Assembly (NCBI RefSeq): GCF_009363075.1
Contig: NZ_CP045293.1
Coordinates: 6,369,006-6,433,005, forward strand
DNA: 64,000 nucleotides
Direction of reading: 5' to 3'
Source: Paenibacillus guangzhouensis
Lineage (GTDB): Bacteria > Bacillota > Bacilli > Paenibacillales > Paenibacillaceae
How positions within the stretch are numbered: position 1 is the first letter of the stretch; each line of letters begins with the position of its first letter. The notes under the pieces are model-generated. The model made no database searches, was not told where the DNA came from, and saw only the letters and a program-made list of their open reading frames with translations. Made by a program: the position numbers and the translations under genes. Positions 1 to 9,700 of this stretch are shown here, in pieces.

Positions 1-4
1 ATTT

Positions 5-973
5 TTGAAATGGGATAGAGATAAAAACTCGGCTTGGAAAACTGTATTGAATCTGTTTAAAAATCCACAATTTTATTTTATTTTCGCAATTCTTCTTGCA
101 TTATGGGGGTTTGCAAATCCTTGGTTAGTTAGATCATACTTCCTTGGGGGAGTTGAAAATTATAGTGTACAGGAAGCAACTTATTCTGAGCAGGTAAAGT
201 CTCCTTCGAACGATAATCAGCCAGATACGCAAGATACTCCTTATCCAACACATAAAGAGTTGGGACCGATTGGTGACTGGTTAGGTGGGACGTCTACACC
301 CCTGCTGACACTAGCGGGGTTTTTAATGATTCTTGCTTCATTTATAGTTCAGCGTCAACAATTACTAAACTCTCAAAAAGAAGTTCATGAGCAAAAATAC
401 ACTTTAGGTAGGCAACGATTCGATAGTGTTTTTTTTAATATGGTTCAACTACATAACGAAATTGTTAAGTCAATGGAGTACACGGAACTAAAATACAACC
501 CACTTAACTATACAGATTTCCATAATAAAATCCCAGTACATAAGTCAGGTAAGGAAAGACTTATTGAATTGGTGAACGATAGTGGAATAGTTAGTAATAT
601 AGCAACAAAACAAGAATTAATGGATAAATTCGAGAAATTATATAACAAAAATGATGATTTATTAGGACACTATTTTAGAAATTTATACAATCTGATTAAA
701 ATTATTGATGAAAGTGAGGATATTATTAGATACAACGCAGATACAGGAGAACTTGATATGGATATGACAGATAGAGAAAGAAAGAGGTATATTAGAATAA
801 TAAGAGCTCAATTATCTTTTTCAGAGTTAATTCTTATCTTCTTCAATTCATTGACCGAAAATGGCAGAGAATTTAAAGAATTAATTGAAAAACATAAGCT
901 CCTAAATAACTTGAAAACGGAAAAGGTCCCAAAAGCAATGCGAGATATTATTGAGGACATGGGCCAACATTAA
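5..973 (+). CDS. Membrane protein with two N-terminal TM helices and a soluble C-terminal domain; possibly an abortive-infection-like island cargo protein. Probably 5'-truncated by the window edge
   Basis: Long ORF in AT-rich DNA. Hydrophobic segments FYFIFAILLALWGF and LLTLAGFLMILASFIV. The reading frame is open to position 5 (TTG), so the true start may lie upstream of the window. Confidence 0.4.
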   Translation: MKWDRDKNSAWKTVLNLFKNPQFYFIFAILLALWGFANPWLVRSYFLGGVENYSVQEATYSEQVKSPSNDNQPDTQDTPYPTHKELGPIGDWLGGTSTPLLTLAGFLMILASFIVQRQQLLNSQKEVHEQKYTLGRQRFDSVFFNMVQLHNEIVKSMEYTELKYNPLNYTDFHNKIPVHKSGKERLIELVNDSGIVSNIATKQELMDKFEKLYNKNDDLLGHYFRNLYNLIKIIDESEDIIRYNADTGELDMDMTDRERKRYIRIIRAQLSFSELILIFFNSLTENGREFKELIEKHKLLNNLKTEKVPKAMRDIIEDMGQH

Positions 974-1284
974 GTACAAATTCGTAGAAGGAATAGATAT
1001 ACAAGAATATTAAGCTATTAGAGTTAAGCACCCCAAGAGGTGCTTTTTATATATCCATGCAGGGGATGAGACACAAATAATGAATAATTTACCATAATTC
1101 TTTTGCGTAAATAAAATTTAATGGGATTTTCTCAGCTGAATTAATTGAATCAAATAACAATCGTATATTATTTGTTGAATCTGGTTTATCAAACCCAAGC
1201 TTATGTAAACAAGGAATATTAGATGAAAAACTAAAAATGATACTTAAACGATGTTTTTTTAAAAATGATTGAGGTGATCTAATT

Positions 1285-2562
1285 TTGGAATTCAACTTTA
1301 GAGAGCATGAAAGAAATATGATTAATACTAATTTTGAAAAATTGCTATTAAAATATTTCAATAAGACAGAGCACAAATGCTATAAACAGGACTGCAATAA
1401 AATTGCTATTGGTTCACATGCTATTTCAAGAAATATATCGCTTGCAAGTATTTCAGTAGATGGGAATATGAAGTATTTTAAATCAAAACGAAGTGGAAAA
1501 GAAAGTAAAACTTTAATATTGGACGATATTGGTATGTATGAGGCTAGTAAGTTTCAAGGATTTTGTTTGGAACATGATGGGGGATTTGAGTTTCTTGGTA
1601 AAAATTCTTATAAGTATAACGTCAAACAAATATTGATGCAATGTTATAGAAGTATATGTTATTCCTTGTTTAAGATCAAACCTTTAGCAGATCAATTTAA
1701 TAATGATTCATTTGATTTTGTTAGAGAACTTGTAATGAAGCCTTCTGTGATTGAGACATTGCTAACAGAAGTAGTTGCCGAATCTAACGATAGTATAGAA
1801 GTATTTACTGAAAAATTAGGGAAAGATAGAACCCTTATTGAATGTTTAAGGGGGAGATTGGAAGAACTTATAGATGAAGAAGTTCTTAGATTTTCCTATG
1901 AGTACGATAAATTTTATGACCTAAAACAAACATTGGAACAGACTCTAGAGATACTGGAAGAAACAAAAACAAACGAACCTTTGGTAAAGTTCGAAAGTTT
2001 GTCTGACCCGTTTGGGGTTGGATTTTTTTATAAACGAATTGATATGAACATTCCTGTGGCGTTGTTGAATCAACACTTAATAGACATTCGAGGAAATGCA
2101 ACTTTTCTCTTTTTCACTGTAATACCATATGAAGATGGTACAGAGATTTATTGGATATTTGATAATAAATACAGGCATGTGTTTTTGAATGAATGGGAAA
2201 AAATGCTTATGAATGAAATTGAGATAATCAACAGAATTGAAAGTAGTATGATGCATTGTGAACAATGGTTTATTGATCCTAAAGTTATAAATAGGATTCC
2301 TCCTGAACGATTGAAAATTATAACAGAAGATATTTATTTTATACATGAAAGAAATCCATTCAAAGATTATGATTTATCGATTTTTGATGAATTGCGTTTA
2401 AATTTGCTAGAGAATCTTGATGAACAAAAAAAACTACGTGAAAAAAATAAGATTAATTCTATAGCGACTCGTGAACCGAGTCATGTCAGAGATAAAAAGC
2501 TTAGAGAATCAGTCCTAAAATCACCATCAAAAATAATTGAAAGACAAATTCGCCAAACATGA
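1285..2562 (+). CDS. Hypothetical protein (425 aa), unknown function, island cargo
   Basis: Uninterrupted 425-aa ORF with AT-rich codon usage consistent with its neighbours. No recognisable catalytic motif. Confidence 0.45.
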   Translation: MEFNFREHERNMINTNFEKLLLKYFNKTEHKCYKQDCNKIAIGSHAISRNISLASISVDGNMKYFKSKRSGKESKTLILDDIGMYEASKFQGFCLEHDGGFEFLGKNSYKYNVKQILMQCYRSICYSLFKIKPLADQFNNDSFDFVRELVMKPSVIETLLTEVVAESNDSIEVFTEKLGKDRTLIECLRGRLEELIDEEVLRFSYEYDKFYDLKQTLEQTLEILEETKTNEPLVKFESLSDPFGVGFFYKRIDMNIPVALLNQHLIDIRGNATFLFFTVIPYEDGTEIYWIFDNKYRHVFLNEWEKMLMNEIEIINRIESSMMHCEQWFIDPKVINRIPPERLKIITEDIYFIHERNPFKDYDLSIFDELRLNLLENLDEQKKLREKNKINSIATREPSHVRDKKLRESVLKSPSKIIERQIRQT

Positions 2563-2639
2563 GGCTGTAAATTTCTTTGTGTAAACTCATAAGTTAAAAT
2601 GAATTAAACTAGGGGAAAGGTTGGTATTAAGAGAATGAC

Positions 2640-3219
2640 ACAAGTGGCACTGTTAGCACGACACCTCCATGGTCGAGGCGAAACTCATTCCCTCTTCCAG
2701 AAAGCCACATGGTCTATAGAAAAATAAAAGGGTTCATTGAAATAGGGTGATGCACCGCAAGAGCAAGCTTGCCGAACAGCTCGGATGGCATGAAAAGTAT
2801 TCAGGGAAGTTCGCTAAGGGCAAGATTCATTGTTCTTGTTCTTGTTGTAGGAAAAAGACGGGGGAAATGGGGTTCCCTAAGTTTGAACTAACCAAGCTGG
2901 AAAATAACATGGTTGAATGATTGTGGTTTTGGATAAGCTTGTTGAAAAGAAATAGATGTATTATGTTTGCTTAAACGGGTGCCAGACCGTTATAAGTGAA
3001 AAAAAATTGTGGGCTAGCCCACGGAGATGGTGCAATGTTTCGGTGGAGAAGAAAGCGGATCCAACGTAAGGCGGTCAACCTTTTTGGCGGTGGGTGATCG
3101 CTTTTTTCATTTGTATTATTACAACAACTATTTTAAGGGGCATTTAAGTGTCGAAGATCCTTTCTATAATGTCTTGGATATAAAAATAAGCCGCGCTGGA
3201 AGATCCGGCACAGCCTTGT
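2640..3219. other. ORF-free segment of about 580 bp, GC-richer than the flanking island DNA; candidate structured ncRNA or degenerate element remnant
   Basis: No ORF of 60 aa or longer except a low-complexity 72-aa frame. Local GC is visibly higher than in adjacent coding DNA. Lies immediately 3' of the integrase remnant. Confidence 0.2.
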
Positions 3220-3420
3220 CTAACCATTTCTCTTTTCTTTCTTAGGTGGCACCAATGAATCCAGTTTATTCGCTGCATCCCTGTCGGCTGATTGTAAGGC
3301 ATGGCCATAGATGTTCATTGTGGTAGAAATATTGGAGTGACCCAAGCGTTCCGATATGAGTTTGGCATGTACGCCTTTGTTGATCAATAAGGTAGCACTC
3401 GTGTGACGAAAGCCCCCCAA
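3220..3420 (-). pseudogene. C-terminal fragment of a tyrosine recombinase/phage integrase; the N-terminal roughly 300 aa are missing
   Basis: 66-aa ORF FRHTSATLLINKGVHAKLISERLGHSNISTTMNIYGH matches the catalytic C-terminal box of tyrosine recombinases (R...HxxR...Y). The gene is cut off at about 3420 by short direct repeats aaaggtcac(cc) and the start of dptF. Confidence 0.75.
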
Positions 3421-3537
3421 GAGCCCCCAAAGGTCACACGAAAGTCACCCAAAGGTCACCCTTTCGATAGTTTATAGGGTTGATTTGATGAGCCTTAAGC
3501 AGGGAAATCATGTATACTTAACGAATTGTAATAGTAC

Positions 3538-5352
3538 ATGTCGAAACTTTATAAGGAGGCTATCAGAGTGAGCGTGCAATCCTATTCCGGCTGCCTGGTA
3601 AGCACTTTGAAAAAATGTAAGCAATCTTCTAAAGAGGCTGTAGATAATTTGGAGTCTTTCGACTCCTTTAAAAAGTATATGCATATTTCAAGGACTGTCG
3701 AAACAGAGTTAGAAGAGATTATTGTAAAATCAAAAAATGCTGAGCAATCACAGCTTATATTAGTATGTGGCGGTGTTGGGGACGGCAAGTCGCACACACT
3801 TGCGTACTTAAAAAGCAAGTATTCTTTCCTAAGCACGACGGAGTTTTATATACATAATGATGCTACAGAAAGTTTTGATCCGCAGAAGACTTCGATTCAA
3901 ACCCTGGCGGAGTGCTTTAGAGACTTCTCAGATGAAGGATTGAAATCTGGAGCTATTAAGAAAGCAATTCTAGCAATAAATTTAGGAGCATTGAATAATT
4001 TTATTGACTCGGATTATGGAAGTCAATTCAGTCAATTGAAAAACTATGTGAACTCTAAGAAAATCCTTGAGTCCACAATAACCTCAAACAATTATGATCC
4101 TAATAGTCACTTTCAATTTGTCAATTTTAGTGATTATTATATGTTTGAATTAACTGAAACCGGAACAAAATCGGATTATTTATTCGGATTAATTAATAAA
4201 ATTACTGCTCCATTACAAGAAAACCCTTTTTACAAGAGCTATCAAAATAACTGCATTAATAACTGTGTGGTCGCCGAACAATGTCCAATTAAAAAAAATT
4301 ACGAGTTGATTGCGGAATCTAATATTCAGAATAAGGTTATTGATCTTATTGTAAAAGCCGTGATAAGTGAAAAGCTCATTGTCTCGTCAAGAGCATTTCT
4401 GAATTTTATTTACAATATTCTGGTTGCTCCCAATTATGAGAATTTGTCAGATGATTCGATTATGAAAGTAAATATGAATATCCAAATTAGCGAATATATT
4501 GAGCGACTATTGCCATTTTTGGTTTTTGCTCAACCGGATAGCTCAAATATAAACTATGCCTTGTCACATTTGAGCCCGACCAATTCGAGAAATGAACATA
4601 TTGATCAAGTATTAATTGATTTTAAAACTGTTGATGATAAGACCGATTTATTTCATAAATACCTCAATATTGACTCATTACCATACCTTTTTAGTCTAAT
4701 AAAAAAATATCAAAAAGATGAACAGCTAAAGTCACAATTGGAACGGGAAGTCGGTAAGTTGTTTGTTCATTTATCATATTTCCTAAATAAGGAACACTGG
4801 AATGTGTTTCATGATCCTGTTTTTGTTAAGTATGTATCATATCTTTACTGGTCAAATATCGGAAATACAGGAAAGTTAGCAAATCTATATAATATCGAAC
4901 TCAAAGAAGCTATTTATCGTTGGAACGGGAATGGGTTTGGTACTTATATAAGTCTCAATGTTGGGCAACCTCAGAATTCTTATAAAACTCTTCAGAAGCT
5001 TGAGATTCAACCTTTAATAAATAAAGATGTAGCGAGTTGTTCAGAGAATCAGCTGTCAAAGTTTCTATTAAAGATTCCTGTTGCATTTAAAGTGAAAAAC
5101 TCAGTTGGTTCAGCTGCTGTAGAACTAGACTATTCACTATATAAACTTGTTACAAAAATAGGTGAGGGTTATCGGCCAAATAAAAATGATAAACTACAAT
5201 TCATTAACTTCGTAGATTTTATTAATAAACTTAGTGAGTTAGGAAACGGACGTGAAGAAATTATTTTTGAGGAAGTTCACTCGGCAAGTAAAAGTAGATA
5301 TTCCTTGAGTTATGATAATATTTTCGAAAATTATACATTTACGGTGGTATAA
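3538..5352 (+). CDS. dptF: Phosphorothioate-dependent restriction protein DptF/DndF, a P-loop NTPase
   Basis: 604 aa with Walker A LVCGGVGDGKSHTL. First gene of a three-gene set whose sizes (604/463/1728 aa) and order match dptFGH. An alternative GTG start at 3568 sits behind AAGGAGG. Confidence 0.7.
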   Translation: MSKLYKEAIRVSVQSYSGCLVSTLKKCKQSSKEAVDNLESFDSFKKYMHISRTVETELEEIIVKSKNAEQSQLILVCGGVGDGKSHTLAYLKSKYSFLSTTEFYIHNDATESFDPQKTSIQTLAECFRDFSDEGLKSGAIKKAILAINLGALNNFIDSDYGSQFSQLKNYVNSKKILESTITSNNYDPNSHFQFVNFSDYYMFELTETGTKSDYLFGLINKITAPLQENPFYKSYQNNCINNCVVAEQCPIKKNYELIAESNIQNKVIDLIVKAVISEKLIVSSRAFLNFIYNILVAPNYENLSDDSIMKVNMNIQISEYIERLLPFLVFAQPDSSNINYALSHLSPTNSRNEHIDQVLIDFKTVDDKTDLFHKYLNIDSLPYLFSLIKKYQKDEQLKSQLEREVGKLFVHLSYFLNKEHWNVFHDPVFVKYVSYLYWSNIGNTGKLANLYNIELKEAIYRWNGNGFGTYISLNVGQPQNSYKTLQKLEIQPLINKDVASCSENQLSKFLLKIPVAFKVKNSVGSAAVELDYSLYKLVTKIGEGYRPNKNDKLQFINFVDFINKLSELGNGREEIIFEEVHSASKSRYSLSYDNIFENYTFTVV

Positions 5353-5355
5353 CAT

Positions 5356-6747
5356 ATGAGCTATCAACTGGACATTGATAAAATTAAGCAAAATTTTAAC
5401 TTCTACGAGGAAAAAATAAGACATAATCCCAGTAAAGTATCGAGATTTTTACCATATACCTCAAAAAAAAATGACGAAGATAAAGTAAAGGACTTTGCGA
5501 TGGTATTGGGGGAGTTTTTTCGTCTAGTTGAAAAGAAAAGAGCGGACGAAAACATCGTTTTTAGTGAGATTTTAGAAAAAATGCTAGCTAAGGTTACTTT
5601 CGATAAAGAGGGGGATAAAGAGTACTTCATTAACCTAGTTAATTCTATTTTTCAAACGGAAAACAATAAGACGTATATTTTCCATCCACATATTTACTTG
5701 TATCTAACTACTGATACTGAGACGAAGAAGATGGGACGGTTTCTATTTGATGTTCTGATTAATGAATCAAAACAAAAGGATATCGTTCTTCAAATAAATT
5801 TTGATACAACAGATGTTCTTTCAAAATTATTTGTTGAAGTATTACCCCAATTAGAGAGTTACCAAGACAATGAAAAGGCGACATATCATTGTGCAATACC
5901 TAATATTTCAACATTATTCACTAAAGATCTTAAATGGTTATTGGCACATCCAAACTTGTTTATACTTCATGTAGAGAAGCTATTGAAGTATTACTACTTT
6001 TTTTACGTATCCCAATTTTCGTTGTCATGTCAACGTTTTTTGACTGAAGAAGAACTTGAGATACAACCTATATACTTTAACCTGGAATGGGAGAGTACAT
6101 CTAGTAACAGGATAAGTTATGAAAATGGTTGGAAAAAAATTGAGGCCCCAATTTCGGTATTATTCTCACATATCAATTGCCTGGAGTTCTTAAACCACAA
6201 GAAACATTCCGATAGTGTTTATTTTTATAATGACATAGTAAGAAAATTAAAATCTGTAGACGCTTCAGGTCGTATGAAACTGTTAAGTGAATTGGAGAAA
6301 CTAATCAAGGACTATATGGATAAATTACCTGACACCAACTGGGAAGGTTTTAAATACAAGGATACTTATGATGATCCAGTGAAGAGCATGATTAATAAAT
6401 TATTCAGAGCAATAGATTACCAGTTTAATGATAGTACTCGTAAAAAACAATATATAATGTATCGGCAATGGTTTGTATCTTTTTGCCAAAGCAACTTTAT
6501 TAAGGTGAGAGGGCGGCTTGGGAAGACATTGAAGTTAACTCCAGAATACCTGTTATTCATTACTAATTTAATCATTAAAGATGAGCCAAAAATAAGATTG
6601 AAGAAATTGTTTGAAGGATTTAAGGAGAGAGGAATTGAATTTGATCGGGATTCACAGAACCAGATTATTAAGTATTTTGAGGCTATAAATATAATTGAGA
6701 AAAAAAGCGATAGTGGGGATGCAATCTATGTCAAATCCTTTTTATGA
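5356..6747 (+). CDS. dptG: Phosphorothioate-dependent restriction protein DptG/DndG
   Basis: 463-aa ORF starting 4 nt after the dptF stop. Identity rests on size and position between the dptF and dptH candidates. Confidence 0.65.
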   Translation: MSYQLDIDKIKQNFNFYEEKIRHNPSKVSRFLPYTSKKNDEDKVKDFAMVLGEFFRLVEKKRADENIVFSEILEKMLAKVTFDKEGDKEYFINLVNSIFQTENNKTYIFHPHIYLYLTTDTETKKMGRFLFDVLINESKQKDIVLQINFDTTDVLSKLFVEVLPQLESYQDNEKATYHCAIPNISTLFTKDLKWLLAHPNLFILHVEKLLKYYYFFYVSQFSLSCQRFLTEEELEIQPIYFNLEWESTSSNRISYENGWKKIEAPISVLFSHINCLEFLNHKKHSDSVYFYNDIVRKLKSVDASGRMKLLSELEKLIKDYMDKLPDTNWEGFKYKDTYDDPVKSMINKLFRAIDYQFNDSTRKKQYIMYRQWFVSFCQSNFIKVRGRLGKTLKLTPEYLLFITNLIIKDEPKIRLKKLFEGFKERGIEFDRDSQNQIIKYFEAINIIEKKSDSGDAIYVKSFL

Positions 6748-9700
6748 TTATCTTGCAAGGAAGGTGGATGAATATTTCTCCAGTACATTCCTTCTTCCTG
6801 GTGATAAATATCATATTTATTTTGATCGTGATGAGCATGTTTCAGTGTTGCTTACTCATTTAAACGCACTTAGCAACAGCGAAACGTTTCATGTCAAAGA
6901 TGAGAGCGGTCATATAGTTTACGAGACATTTTGTTTAAAATATTATGGTTCAAATTTAGTTGTGGGTTCGACGGTTAATGCAACACCGGACTATTTAACA
7001 AAGCTCCGTAATAGTGTTGGAACTGAAAGTAACGATATGCAGGAAACGTCATTTTTACTTATACATAATTCAAATTTAGATAGTTTGGTTCATGGTACAG
7101 ATTCTTTTTATAAGGAAGGCATGCCTTTTCATATTAAGGTAGTTGAAAAAGATATTAAACAATTGTTAGCCACAACTTCTCTTAACACAACTGAGAAAAG
7201 AATACTTGAATTCATTGTTTCTAATAAAAAAGTAATGCGCAGTCAATATGAGGAAACTACCCTTTTTGATTTTATTGATGTACTTGCGGTGCTAAATCGA
7301 TCTGAAATCTCAAATAGTGAGTATATGTCATTTGGGTTGTTCAAAGATAATGATATGGTGCTTCCTACATTAACTGATAAAGATTTCAAAGAACGACTTA
7401 AACTTAACCATGAGTTGTTTACTAAAGTTGATTCTGTCTACAAAAATGGAAATATTGACACCGAACTTGAAAAGTATTTTGATGATGAGGGAGTAGACTT
7501 ATTATCAAACCCAAACTGGGCAGAGACTGAGTTTAATCCCGTTTATATATCCAATCGTAATAAGCAGAATGATAAAGGACTTGAGTACGTTGAAGGAAAG
7601 AAAAAGACCCAAGATGGGCTGAACTTTTGGGAGAGGCCCGCGGGCGAAAGTAAGTCAAAACAAAGGACTCGAAGTTTTCTCATCTTTAATCCAGAAAAAA
7701 AACAAGAAATTAACCTTGAGTTGAACTTCAATGACAAAGTCTTCAACAAGCATGCCAAGTTGGAGACTAAGGTTATTGGTGTAACCACCGATACATATGG
7801 GTCCAAGTTGAAAGTTAAAATTAAGGTGAATGAAGTAGAAAGTAAATTTTTCAGAATAACCTACAAAACGGAGACCTCAAATAAGTTTGATTTTAGGTTT
7901 GCTGTAGTTGAAGTTAATGAATCATTTCTTGCGGGGATTCAAACTTCTTATACTGTTGTACCTACTAAAGAGCCATATCTCTTAATTAGTTCTGAGGAAA
8001 CCGAACTAATAGTGAACCCCTCTGAGAACGATGTCGAAACAAACATGATAACTCTTGATGGTAGGTCTGTTCCGCAGGTTAAGGTGACTACTGGTCAAAA
8101 AGTAATAATTAAAAAATCGCTAGATAGTGATAATGAAGAAGAAGCAATTCGCTTCAATATTTTGTTTAATGACACCTTAATTCCTTTTGCGGTTGAAGAT
8201 ATCGTTGAGCGCCCTGCGCCAATAACAGCATTTACAGTTTGGAAACAAAAGATGTTAAGACAAGAGCACTTCTATTATAAAATCGAAAACGAGAAAATGA
8301 AGATAATTTATGGAAATCGAGAAACTTTCGCACAGGGGGAATTTAAGAAAAGTTTGGAGCGGGAGTATGAGTTAATTCATTCTGATGGGCTCTATTTCCA
8401 TGAAGGCGTTATAGGGTTACTAAACAAAGAAATTGAGGTTCCCGATAGTATTAGAAGCTCTTATTCGAATCTAATTACTTATTTTAAAACAAAAAAATTG
8501 TTACCCAGTCTGGCATATATGGATGAGGAATATAAAAGCCTGGTCGAGGTCTACATATCCTCGTTCATTGATGAACTAGAGCAGCTAGAAAACGGACAGT
8601 TAACTCAAAAGAGTCGTAATATAGGTCTAGTTGGAACTATCGACCGGACGATAGGAGAAAAGGAATGGTTATTTAGTCCGTTGCATCCTATGAATCTTGT
8701 TTTTCAAATTGTATTAAACAAGTTGATAGCTGGGCAAGAACTTCAAGACGAATTGTTGAAAACGTTAAGGGGAACTTTTTTAATTCCTCATGTTCGATTT
8801 GGAAATGATAAGCTCTATAAGGTTACAGATCAATCAGACTCATACGAGTGGAACACCTATGTAGATAATGATCTACCTAGGTACGAAGGTAATAGGTCAT
8901 TCGTGAATAAATTAGTATATGAAAAGATTGAGGAGTTTATCGAGCACTTTAAGTATTTGTTTGACACTGATGAGCGTTCGCCCTTAAAAGTAAATGTAGT
9001 GAATATGGGGGATTGCCGTGAGATAACGCAAGGACTTTTAGAATTTTACAAGAGACAACTTAAAAAGAAGATAAGCAAAGAGAAGCTAGTACCTATTAAT
9101 ATAAATATTTATTCTGAAACTCCTGAGACAAATGTGTTTGAAGAAATTTCAGAATTATCAAAGGTTGAAGATATCGAGGAACGACTTGATCTAAAACTAT
9201 CTGTAGACGATTACTTAGCAGAAGAAGTAATTAATATTTTTCATGACAAGGTAACTTTTTTTTCGAAAGATGCCGCTAATGATAAGTACGAGTATAGTCA
9301 TGTTACTTTCTATCAAATGAAGAAAATTGAACAGATAGCCGACAGCAAGATGGTGGATATCCCAACGGGCCTATCCTTATTCGGACTGTCTTCAGGAGTA
9401 CCGTCTGCGTTTGTCAACGGAAATTATTTAACTGGGTTCGGCAGCAAATCTTTGCCGGATAGCAATAACTTAATTCATCGTCTCGCTCCGCGAATGAATG
9501 CTTTGTTAAGAGTTGCAAGGAACTTAAATAGCTACCAGGACGACTCGGCGGTAGTTACTGCGATATCTTCCGAAGGGAAACATATCCTTAATAAGATATA
9601 TGATTCAACTCACTGGGTTACATTCGTAGAACCTCGTGTAGACTTGAGTTTTTTTAAAAATGACACAAGAAATAACGATTTATTAGTTATTCACTATAAC

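Noticed and set aside
2640-3219. Hypothesis that the ORF-free block is a group II intron, tmRNA or retron ncRNA
   Set aside because: No GUGYG 5' end, no domain V-like hairpin with AGC triad, no tRNA-like 3' end and no reverse transcriptase ORF could be found by eye. Kept only as an unclassified candidate ncRNA or remnant
3027-3245. 72-aa plus-strand ORF across the integrase 3' end
   Set aside because: Overlaps the integrase remnant on the opposite strand. Low-complexity sequence (YYYNNYF) and no RBS
7543-7806. 87-aa minus-strand ORF inside dptH, plus similar antisense ORFs at 13294-13929, 14620-14817, 17122-17982, 19287-20420, 22274-22768 and 23072-24190
   Set aside because: Each lies entirely within and antisense to a long ORF with clear protein motifs. 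Low-complexity translations typical of antisense frames in AT-rich or GC-skewed DNA
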